Positions 9,101-18,200 of a stretch of 64,000 nucleotides of DNA are shown one piece after another. Each line of letters starts with the position of its first letter. The stretch's first letter is position 1. The stretch comes from a virus. Lineage: Duplodnaviria > Caudoviricetes. Made by a program: the position numbers and the translations under genes. The stretch covers positions 5,311 through 69,310 of the IMG/VR virus record IMGVR_UViG_3300020161_000771; one strand, written 5' to 3'. The notes under the pieces are model-generated. The model saw nothing but the letters and a program-made list of their open reading frames with translations. It was not told the DNA's origin and did no database searches.

Positions 9101-9699
9101 TATGCTTTATCTTTTAAAAGTCCACAAATTTGACATTCTAATTCTCCGTCGTTATCTGCGTCTCCCCACTCGTGTTCACATTGTCTGTGTGCGTGAAACT
9201 CGAATTCTAGTTTCTCCATTTCTTGGTCATGCTCTTGCTTGTCTACTTCCATAGCTTGTCTATGCTCTTGCTCATCTTTGCTTAGGTCATACTTCTGTTT
9301 GTTTTCTACAACAGCTAATTCTCTAGCAGCTTGAGCACCTGCTACAAAAGCATCAGGAATGATTGGGGTAAATGGCTTATTTGTTTCTTTCATGTCGTTT
9401 GTGTGAGACATAGAAGTGCCATCTTCTTCATCCATCTTTTGTACAAGCATTTTATCTTTATCTGTGTCACTGAACCAATAATCAATAATCTTTCCATAGC
9501 TGCCAATAAAAGCACCTAGCAATAACAATAACAGCTCTTTCCATTCTGCTGCCATTGGAGTTTGAAGTGATATAGCTGAGAATATGCCAATGATGATAAG
9601 TAAGAATCCGCCTAATACCATTGCGGTAATAAGCCATCTTCTAGTCATCATTGCAGTTAAAAGTTCTTTAAAACCTGTTGGTTGTTGATTGTTTTCCAT
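9100..9699 (-). CDS. Inner-membrane protein (2 TM) with coiled coil and C-terminal metal-binding motif
   Basis: Two TM helices; IIDYWFSD; C-terminal CEHEWGDADNDGELECQICG. Confidence 0.7.
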   Translation of the reverse strand: MENNQQPTGFKELLTAMMTRRWLITAMVLGGFLLIIIGIFSAISLQTPMAAEWKELLLLLLGAFIGSYGKIIDYWFSDTDKDKMLVQKMDEEDGTSMSHTNDMKETNKPFTPIIPDAFVAGAQAARELAVVENKQKYDLSKDEQEHRQAMEVDKQEHDQEMEKLEFEFHAHRQCEHEWGDADNDGELECQICGLLKDKA

Positions 9700-9800
9700 A
9701 CGTTATTTATTACTTGTTGATTGTGTTTAATGATTGACGAAGTCTTTAAGCCAGACTTCCTACTTCTCATTGGTTTCTTTTTTTTCTGTGCGTTAGCCAT
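9657..9800 (-). CDS. Small basic protein (47 aa, not in ORF track)
   Basis: Manual translation MANAQKKKKPMRSRKSGLKTSSIIKHNQQVINNVWKTINNQQVLKNF*; fills the gap between 9804 and 9699. Confidence 0.45.
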   Translation of the reverse strand: MANAQKKKKPMRSRKSGLKTSSIIKHNQQVINNVWKTINNQQVLKNF

Positions 9801-9803
9801 ATA

Positions 9804-10124
9804 TTACCATTTAGGAGCCTCTTCCTTAAACTCGTCGCCTTCTTTTTTCTTTTCCTTTGCAGGTTTAGCGGCAGGTTGGGCTGCAGCTTTTTCTACAACT
9901 CTTTCTTTAATAATAGTAGTGCCACCACTAGCTTGTTGAGCCTGTTGGTTGGAGTTTGTGATATTGATTACAGGAGCTGGGGCAGGAGCAGCTTTATCGT
10001 CGCTTCCACCACCAAATAATGTTGATCCTAACCAAGCACCACCTGCTGTTACAACTGTAGCCAAAGTACCTACAACGGTTTTTTTTAGACTAGACATTGT
10101 GCCTTCTTGTTGTTCTTCTGACAT
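9804..10124 (-). CDS. Membrane-anchored low-complexity protein (106 aa)
   Basis: One glycine-rich hydrophobic segment followed by an Ala/Pro/Lys-rich tail. Confidence 0.7.
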   Translation of the reverse strand: MSEEQQEGTMSSLKKTVVGTLATVVTAGGAWLGSTLFGGGSDDKAAPAPAPVINITNSNQQAQQASGGTTIIKERVVEKAAAQPAAKPAKEKKKEGDEFKEEAPKW

Positions 10125-10129
10125 AAAAT

Positions 10130-10492
10130 TTATTTAATAATTATAGGGTATTTAACTTCTTTCCCATCAATATCTATAAAAATAAGGTCATAATCTTTCT
10201 TATCCAAATTTGATAGGTCTAATACTTTTATTGTTACATCACTATTGGCTGTAAAGCCCTCTTTTCTAACAGGTTCGTCTGAGCCAAACGGAACTATTTG
10301 CAAAGAGTATTTAGCCCCCGCAGTAGTGCTAAATTCAGCCGTAATTACGTTACCCGATTCGCGAATCGACTTGATAGCTGTTGATGTAGATTTAACGCCT
10401 AAATCAATCACTTCTGGCATAACTAAATCAATCTTAGTACAAGCCATCATGATAAACGTTACGATACAAACTAAAATAAACTTTCTTTTCAT
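10130..10492 (-). CDS. Lipoprotein with small beta-sandwich domain
   Basis: MKRK + hydrophobic stretch + MMAC lipobox-like cysteine. Confidence 0.65.
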   Translation of the reverse strand: MKRKFILVCIVTFIMMACTKIDLVMPEVIDLGVKSTSTAIKSIRESGNVITAEFSTTAGAKYSLQIVPFGSDEPVRKEGFTANSDVTIKVLDLSNLDKKDYDLIFIDIDGKEVKYPIIIK

Positions 10493-10493
10493 A

Positions 10494-12569
10494 TTAAAAA
10501 TTTTTATAACCTGTTAGTTTAATTTGAGTTGAGTTTAAGTTAATTCCTAATTGGTTACCCTTATCATCACTAGCGTCCATTATCTGAGAAACTCTGATAG
10601 AAGTTACCATGTTAACACCACTTTCTTTTGCAGAGAATTTAAGCTTAAATGGAACGTTTGCTCCTTTGATTGGAAGAGACTTCGTTTGGTCTAAAGAGCC
10701 GAACTTAACTCTGCCATTCTTACTATCTGCAAAGATATACCAAGAATTAGGAACATTAGCAACTAACTCCTCAAATTTTAATTTAGATTCATCAAAAACA
10801 AACTCAAATTGAAGTCCGCTCATATTAGCCCCATTTGTATTGATAGCCACAGGCACTTCAATGCTGTTAGATGTGATTGTCATATTAGATAATGTAACAT
10901 CTATAGCAGACACATTGTTTGGAGTATTAATGAATCCATTTGTAGAATTAACCTGAACAACAGGAGCGCCATTTTCAGCCAAGATAACTCTAGACGAATG
11001 AGACCTGTTTACATCTCCCCATAATAGATATTTTAAATCTAAGAACTGATTTGTGCCCAATGCCCCTGTTCTAAATATTGTTCTAGGCATTGTGATGTTT
11101 TTCCAATTTGACGCTGTAACAGACCCCCAAGAATTGCTAGGATTAACATTGAATTGGAATTCAGCTTGTAAGGCATAGTCGGTATTAGCGTTATTCATGT
11201 TCCTGATATTACCCAAGAATACCGAGCTGCCATCGCTTACTTTTTGCATGTTAGAAGGCACTTTAAATGAAGCCCAAGCCGCATCTTCGCTAACGTATTC
11301 CACAGGACCAGAATAGATATCAAATATCTGTAAACTCTTTATCTGATTAGGAGTAATACCTGTGCCGGCAAACTCTCTCATATCCACAACCACTTTAGCA
11401 ACTCCTTGACCATATCCGTTTGGAGTAATTATACACCATTCTGTAGCTCCTGCCATGGTTGTACCATCATTGGCCATCCACGTAGGAATACTCATGTATC
11501 CGCCACTTCCAATCGTATATTGACTAGGCAATGCAACTAGCGTATCTAGTCCTGCAATTTGAGCAAGCAATCTAGGCAAATCTCCTCCGTCAATCTTTTG
11601 GTTTCTGTTAATGTCGGCAGCATATAATGATTGCCCTGTCTTTAAGTTTTTACCATTAGAACCATCTAGGCCCATGCTAGTAAATTCACTTTGAGCTGTT
11701 GTGAAATCGGATATTGTAATGGCGTTATTGTATATGCTATATAGCTTATCCATTTCATACATAACTGTAACGTCGTATACCTTATTAGCAGCCAATAAAG
11801 ATTGATTAATGTCTACGTCTCCTGAAGATGTAACATTAAATAATTGCCCCTGATTTGTAAGCGTATCCCTAAAAGAAACTCTTATAGAAGACAAGCTTTG
11901 TAATGCAGAGCTTAAATCTACTTTAGCTGTAACAAACTTCCCAAAGTTTTGGTTCATTAAAACAGATGTCAATAATGGCGTTTCCATAATAGTAGGAGTT
12001 TCTACTCCTGATCCATTCCAACCTGCAACAAAGTTTAACTTTATTGGGTTAAATGTGTAAGCTGTACTTGATGCTCTTAATCTAAACTTAATAACAATCA
12101 GCCTGTCGTATCCAGTGTATGGCATACCTGACGTAGTAGCCCATGTTAAAGTGGTTCTAAGGATAGCATTGTCTCCATTAGCACCATTAAATGTATAGTT
12201 TTGATTTTGGTAGTTTGTAGTACCATTAGAAGTGCTATTTTGCGTGTTAGAATTCCACGTATAGTTCGGGTAATTAGTCCAAGATAATTGGATATTAGAA
12301 CCCTGTGGTAAAACACCTCCATTCCCACCTGTGCCTGTGTGATTGACTGATACTATCTCAAAGTTCTTATGGTCATACATAAGGTCAAATAATAGCTGTC
12401 TAGTTGTATTATTGCCATTACCATTTGCCTGAATGATATAATCAAACTCTGAGCCTCTATTTAGGGAAACTCCACCTACTGAAGATAATGCTCTAAACTT
12501 AATTTGAGCATCAGAAGATGTCACAAATATTTGAAAAATTGTGACAAGAAATAATAATTTTTTAATCAT
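10494..12569 (-). CDS. Secreted cohesin-dockerin-cohesin protein
   Basis: Signal peptide; N-terminal cohesin-like domain (LLFDLMYDHKNFEIV); dockerin/EF-hand loop AADINRNQKIDGGDLPRLLAQIAG; C-terminal cohesin (IEVPVAI...GLQFEFVFDESKLKF). Confidence 0.7.
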   Translation of the reverse strand: MIKKLLFLVTIFQIFVTSSDAQIKFRALSSVGGVSLNRGSEFDYIIQANGNGNNTTRQLLFDLMYDHKNFEIVSVNHTGTGGNGGVLPQGSNIQLSWTNYPNYTWNSNTQNSTSNGTTNYQNQNYTFNGANGDNAILRTTLTWATTSGMPYTGYDRLIVIKFRLRASSTAYTFNPIKLNFVAGWNGSGVETPTIMETPLLTSVLMNQNFGKFVTAKVDLSSALQSLSSIRVSFRDTLTNQGQLFNVTSSGDVDINQSLLAANKVYDVTVMYEMDKLYSIYNNAITISDFTTAQSEFTSMGLDGSNGKNLKTGQSLYAADINRNQKIDGGDLPRLLAQIAGLDTLVALPSQYTIGSGGYMSIPTWMANDGTTMAGATEWCIITPNGYGQGVAKVVVDMREFAGTGITPNQIKSLQIFDIYSGPVEYVSEDAAWASFKVPSNMQKVSDGSSVFLGNIRNMNNANTDYALQAEFQFNVNPSNSWGSVTASNWKNITMPRTIFRTGALGTNQFLDLKYLLWGDVNRSHSSRVILAENGAPVVQVNSTNGFINTPNNVSAIDVTLSNMTITSNSIEVPVAINTNGANMSGLQFEFVFDESKLKFEELVANVPNSWYIFADSKNGRVKFGSLDQTKSLPIKGANVPFKLKFSAKESGVNMVTSIRVSQIMDASDDKGNQLGINLNSTQIKLTGYKNF

Positions 12570-13054
12570 AGCAGTTTGTTAACCAATGAATTACACGACT
12601 TTTTAATTGCTGTGCTTAGATTCTGTTGGTTAAACTTGCCATCGTTGCTAATGATGAGTGTTGAGGTTGATACTTCTGTTGCTTGTTCTTCTACGATATA
12701 CTCTTTAGATTTTTTACCATCTCTTACAATATATCCTTTCATTCTTATCACAACAGCATTATCATCCTTATGGAATATGGATAAGTTACTCTTCGTGGTT
12801 AACACATCCATATAAATAAGTTCTGCAAATATCTGATTTTTTGAGCTAGGAGACAAACTATACCCGCTCTCCTGCAAATACTCTTCTAGTATATTCTTTA
12901 CGCCAAACTCTAGCTTTCTATTGCCGGCTAGGGGGCCTAGTTTTATCGAGTTCTTTACTTCCGCAACAACAATATCTTGTGAATACGCAAGTATGAAAAA
13001 TAAGAAAGCCCCCAATGTTAGGAGGCTTTTCTTATATGACGTAAATAGTAACAT
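12566..13054 (-). CDS. Short CsgG-like secreted protein
   Basis: Signal/TM; FGVKNILEEYLQE resembles LGVANITLEYLEN of 7550..8263. Confidence 0.55.
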   Translation of the reverse strand: MLLFTSYKKSLLTLGAFLFFILAYSQDIVVAEVKNSIKLGPLAGNRKLEFGVKNILEEYLQESGYSLSPSSKNQIFAELIYMDVLTTKSNLSIFHKDDNAVVIRMKGYIVRDGKKSKEYIVEEQATEVSTSTLIISNDGKFNQQNLSTAIKKSCNSLVNKLL

Positions 13055-13055
13055 A

Positions 13056-13496
13056 TTAAATTTCTACAACTTGCGCTACTTCATCTTCGTCTTCTTCTTT
13101 AAGTTCAGGGAACTCAAGGCCTTCAACGAAGCCCTCTAAGAATGCATAGATTTCAATGCCTTCTGTAGAGAATGTAAACTGATAGAATTCAAATTCTTCT
13201 TCTAATAATGCCTTAACTTTCTTGTTAAGCTCTTTTAGCTTTTCTTTTGTGTACTTATAACCTCCATTTTCGTCTAATAATAAAGAACCATCTTTATCTG
13301 TATTAGCGCAATCTAAACGAAGGTCATCTAACTTCTCATTATAAGTATCCAAATGAGACTTTAGCTTTTCACCAATTTTTTGTAATTTTTTAACACCTTT
13401 TGTGTTTGCGTCAGCATGCTCTTTATTATTTACAAGAACATTTACTGCTCGAACTACATTAAGTAGGTCTTGGTAGGTTTTTTTAACTTTTGCCAT
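13056..13496 (-). CDS. Hypothetical acidic helical protein (start likely MAKVKK at 13496)
   Basis: Track ORF 13056..13517; a promoter motif overlaps the track start, favouring the downstream ATG. Confidence 0.7.
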   Translation of the reverse strand: MAKVKKTYQDLLNVVRAVNVLVNNKEHADANTKGVKKLQKIGEKLKSHLDTYNEKLDDLRLDCANTDKDGSLLLDENGGYKYTKEKLKELNKKVKALLEEEFEFYQFTFSTEGIEIYAFLEGFVEGLEFPELKEEDEDEVAQVVEI

Positions 13497-13514
13497 GTTT
13501 TTAGGTTTGTCGTA

Positions 13515-13546
13515 CAAATATATATTAACTCGTACTTATAAGCAAA
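13515..13546 (-). promoter_or_regulatory. Bacteroidota sigma-A promoter TTTG-N20-TATATTTG
   Basis: + strand caaatata 13515-13522 and caaa 13543-13546; canonical spacing. Confidence 0.7.
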
Positions 13547-13560
13547 TATTTTGCCAATAA

Positions 13561-13776
13561 TTAAAACCTGCCATCTGGGCAAGCTTTTTCCTTTGGGCTA
13601 AACACTTTACCCTTTAAAAGACAGCCGCACATGCCACATCTATCGGCAAGCAATTCTTTTTTGATATGCTCGCAAGAGTGACATATGCTGAGTCTATTGG
13701 CAGCTAATTCACGCTGCTCATCTGTAGGGTTGAATGAAATAGCCCAAGATTTAATAATCTCTTCTATTTGATTCAT
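13561..13776 (-). CDS. Small Cys-rich zinc-binding protein (DUF6171-like)
   Basis: RLSICHSCEH...CGMCGCLL..K......CPDGRF. Confidence 0.65.
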   Translation of the reverse strand: MNQIEEIIKSWAISFNPTDEQRELAANRLSICHSCEHIKKELLADRCGMCGCLLKGKVFSPKEKACPDGRF

Positions 13777-13792
13777 GGTAATGGTATGAAAA

Positions 13793-14080
13793 TTAAGGAG
13801 TTACTGGTGCTTCTGGAGTCTGGTCTTCTGACTTAACTAAGCCTAATTGGCTAAGAACGTCAGCTTCTACTGCTGCCCAATTAACACCTGTTGCTGTAAT
13901 ACCTTCAGTAACAGTAAGTGATTTGCTAGCAAAGTTAGTTGCGTTAGACATCATGTTTGCCCATACGCTTACTTGTGTTCCAAATAATTCGCAGCTTCCA
14001 TTAATGGTAACTTTGGTAACTGTACCGATTGCTGAACCATTGATTTCAATACTTGCTGGTTCTACGTAGATTGTTTTCAT
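13793..14080 (-). CDS. Hypothetical protein (95 aa), probably tail-associated
   Basis: Track ORF; TATATTTG motif at 14103-14110 upstream. Confidence 0.7.
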   Translation of the reverse strand: MKTIYVEPASIEINGSAIGTVTKVTINGSCELFGTQVSVWANMMSNATNFASKSLTVTEGITATGVNWAAVEADVLSQLGLVKSEDQTPEAPVTP

Positions 14081-14089
14081 TTTTGTTAT

Positions 14090-14275
14090 TTATTTTAGTT
14101 TACAAATATACTTATTATATCCTATTGATACTTTATCTTTAAAATATACGAACAGCAAAACAGACAATAGGGCTGTTATTAATAAGCTGTTATCGGTGTT
14201 AGAAAAGTTCTGAACTGGTCTTACGACAAATTCTACATTGTTTAGGTTAATTGCTGAGTCTACGATTGTTTCCAT
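14090..14275 (-). CDS. Small single-TM protein (61 aa)
   Basis: Track ORF with one hydrophobic helix; packed between neighbours. Confidence 0.55.
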   Translation of the reverse strand: METIVDSAINLNNVEFVVRPVQNFSNTDNSLLITALLSVLLFVYFKDKVSIGYNKYICKLK

Positions 14276-14296
14276 TTTTTAGGGTTTAAATTGTAT

Positions 14297-14518
14297 TTAT
14301 AATAATGATTTTACATTGTTTAAGAAGGCGGTGAAAGTAGCCTCGTCTATTTCTGTATACCCGTCTGCTTCTGCACGAGCCATTACAGCATCGTAAAATC
14401 TGTCGTCGGTGTTTAGTATTATTCGCTTTTGAGTGCTAGATTTAAAAACTTCGCAAATAGTAAATGTTTCTGCATCTGATTTGATGTAAAGGTTTTCTCC
14501 TTTGTTGTAATATTTCAT
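14297..14518 (-). CDS. Hypothetical protein (73 aa)
   Basis: Track ORF in operon context. Confidence 0.65.
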   Translation of the reverse strand: MKYYNKGENLYIKSDAETFTICEVFKSSTQKRIILNTDDRFYDAVMARAEADGYTEIDEATFTAFLNNVKSLL

Positions 14519-14538
14519 AAGGGTTTATTTATATATTA

Positions 14539-15258
14539 TTAAGTATAACATTCTCCGCAGTCGGTATAAGCATAACCAGTGTACGTACCACAGCTGCCAT
14601 TTGCATAAATATAGTATACATCACAGCCTTGACACTCCGCTCCAATTATTGTTCCATAAGGGTCACAACATCCGCAAGCTGCTTGGTCATATCCTATATA
14701 CTGATTGTAAGTTCCACAAGACCCGTCTGCATACACGCCGTATAGGTCGCAACCGCTACAATATGTACTAATAAGCGTATTGCCTGCTAGACAAGTAGTA
14801 ACAATAAATTCACTATACGGCATCCACCTGCTCTCACAAAAACAATAATACCTAACTCTTACGTAATAAGTTGTATTTGGTGTCAGATTGAAAATGTAGT
14901 TAATACTATTACAAGTACCATTTATTGTTGTATAACTAGCTCCTGCGTTTGAACTATAACCAATCTCTACACTATTACAGCAAATATGACCAAAATAATT
15001 AAAAGATATCTGGACAGCAGTGCGGTTAACGCTAGTAGGAGAAACCGTGTTACATTGACTAGATGCATTATGGTTATAACTATACCACTCACTCATACTA
15101 GCTGGATTGCTTGAAGAAGGTCTACTTGCAGAGTTTTGGTTAATAGCTGCGTAGCTACCATCCTCAGCTGCGTCTAAACTAATAGCAGCAGTACTAGATC
15201 TCCCTAGCTCTGTATTAATCTGGGACATTGATATTGTTCCACTACTTGGTAACGGCAT
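14539..15258 (-). CDS. Tail-fibre accessory protein with FN3-like domain and Cys-rich repeats
   Basis: MPLPSSGTISMSQINTELG N-terminus typical of phage fibre proteins; LTPNTTYYVRV (FN3); two C-rich repeats. Confidence 0.7.
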   Translation of the reverse strand: MPLPSSGTISMSQINTELGRSSTAAISLDAAEDGSYAAINQNSASRPSSSNPASMSEWYSYNHNASSQCNTVSPTSVNRTAVQISFNYFGHICCNSVEIGYSSNAGASYTTINGTCNSINYIFNLTPNTTYYVRVRYYCFCESRWMPYSEFIVTTCLAGNTLISTYCSGCDLYGVYADGSCGTYNQYIGYDQAACGCCDPYGTIIGAECQGCDVYYIYANGSCGTYTGYAYTDCGECYT

Positions 15259-18200
15259 CTAGCTTTGATTTAAGGTCTTCAATCTGTTGTTGCTGTTCTT
15301 TGATAGCTTCGATAAGAAGTGGAACTATCTTTTCGTATTTAACTGTTAAGAAGTTCTCTCCAGATTTAGATACACCCATGTTGTTATCGAATGGAGCTAG
15401 TTTTACAGCTTCAGGCAATACGGCTTGCACATCTTGTGCAAACACACCTGCTTCTCTTTCACTAGATGGAGACCATCCATATTGATTACCTAAACTATTC
15501 CAGTTATAAGTCATACCTGTAAGCTGCTTTACTTTACCTATAGCGTTATCTATAACCTTAACGTTTTCTTTAAGTCTACGGTCAGATGCGTAAGCTATGA
15601 TATCATAGTATCCACGGAAATTATTATCACCATCATTAAAACTACCAACTTGCCCACTTGCTATGTTATGAAACCTAGTACCACCATATGCTTGATGAGA
15701 GCGAATTTCAATACCAGTATAGAAATGTATTGCTAACGGTTTAGTCCAAGCACCAGAATCTTTACCTATATAATAGTCTCTATTACCAGGGTTATGGAAT
15801 TCTAAGCCTCTAAAATCAGATGTAGCAACCGATTCATTATTATTTGTATATCCAATATTGATTGTATTCCCGGTATTTAAATTATTTACATTAAGCGTAT
15901 TTAGTTTAGATGTACCATTTGTAGCAAGATAATAATCATTATTACCATTCATGTAAAGAGCACCACCAATGGTTTTCCTGAAGTCCCATCCTGCCCATAC
16001 TCCATTCAAAAATCCGTAGCTATTTGCTCCATCTCCGTATAGTTGATAACAAAACTGACCGCCATTCCCTCTGCCATATATACCATTATCTGCTGCACCA
16101 CCGCTTAATATTTGAAGGTTTCTGTTATTATTTGTTTGGATATAAACCCCTCCATTCATGTAAATAGATCCTACATAGTCCACAGAATTCCCTAGCATGT
16201 TTACACTTTTGCCATTGTAAATCTTTACGTATGATGTGTCTGTCATGTGCCAACCACCACCATATGTTTCAAAGTATAAACCAGAAGTACCTGATACTCT
16301 TAACCAACCACCATCTGCATATATATCACCCCTAGCATGAATAAGATATGATGCAGAATTTGAATTTCCAAAGTTCCAGTTACCGCTACTATTTACGAAT
16401 GCTGAAATAGATGAAGTGTTCCCTCTACCAAAATATATTTCTGATCCATCATAAAAGTTAAAATATATACCAAGACCACTTGCCGCATCTAGGTGAAGAT
16501 TTCCGTTTGTTGTTGATACGGAAGCAACATCTGCATTATCTATGTATCCTTGTCTACCATCTCCACCAACTAATAAATACTTACCCCATGTTGGATTTGG
16601 ACCATGTAATGCACCACCTCTAACTCTTATAGCTGATTGTGATGTTGAGTTAAAGTCTGCATAGTATCCTGTATCATTAGAGTCGTAAAAAATAGGAGCT
16701 CTCATGTCATCTCTAGCTCTAATTGAACCAGATACTGCCGCCAAGAATGCACCGTTCTCCATTACAAGAAGACCATGAGTATTAAGATTTCCTGCTACAC
16801 CGCCAGCATTAGGATGAGACCATGCTAGACCATAAAGAGAACCAGTAGATGTACCATCAACGGGTAACTTATAAGCATCACCCATCGCAAAAATAGCTTG
16901 ATATCTTGTAGAAGCGTATAGCCCAACCATACCATAACCAAAGTTTCCATCAAAATACATCTGACCTTGACCAGAAGTAGTTGCATTGTTGCGGTATGTA
17001 GTTCCATATAACCACTGTGTACCTTGTGAATAAATACCAGCTGGATGATGAGTAGCTTCCCCTGTACCTCCAACATTTCCAGAACCTCTATACGAAACAG
17101 CATATATTGTGTCACTACTTGGATTTACATAAACACTTCCTGTTCCATATACACTATTCCCGCTACCCCATAATAATTGGTAGTTTGCGTTTGAGTTATC
17201 ATTATAATTAATAGTTACTTGAGAAGAAGTTGATGCAGAACTGGCTGAGCCAGCACTATCGGCATAAGATACTCTTACAGCTGAAGGTGTTGCAGGGCTT
17301 ACTTGAAGAAGCCATCTACTTCCGTCATATGTCATAAACATATAATACGGAGCAGAACCACCATAAGTATAAGGAGCATCTGAAGCGTATAGTCTTGTAG
17401 AATTTAATGAGTATGTTGCATTTCCTGTTACATTAATACCCCATGTACCACTAGCACCAGATCCTGTTAAAGATGGTGCGTATGATGTATAGTTAGAACT
17501 ATCTAATACAACTCTCCATGCTTGCCATGTACCAGATTGTTTACCTCTTATTGCTATTTGACCTGACCTAAAGTCACCATAAATCTGATGTATCCAGTTT
17601 ACGTTATAAGCAGAAGAATATAATCCACCATCAGTTTGGCCAAATAAATTCACACTGGTATTATATCCTAGTTGATTTTGTGTTACTGAATCAGGATTTA
17701 TTGGTGAACTAATACTATTCAAAGTAAGTCCTGATACAGAACCAGAACTATTAGCGTAGTTTACAGATTGAGAACCAATATTGCTAGATGTAATTAATCC
17801 TAGCTGACTTATAAAGTGAGCAGGTGTAGATTTTCTTAAGTAGTTATCTCCTGTACTTTGAGTCCATATCTGACCAATGGTCGGATTCTCAGAATTACCT
17901 AAAGAAGCATTAAAATATGTTCCCAAAATATAATTACCACTAACGTTCCCTGACATAGTCAGATTACCTGATTGGTCCATTATAAATACCTGAGTACCAC
18001 CAGCATTTCTTATTTGGAAGTTAGTTTGAGAAACTATATTATAACTACCTGCACCTGTGTCTCCGCTTGTATTAAATGATATTACAGCAGTTGAACCTGG
18101 AAGCCTAACGTTTTCATTGTAGTTTCCTCCAGGACCTTGAGCTATTAATAATCCTGTTGTTAACTTACCACTAAACGTAGAAGCACCTGTTGATGATATT

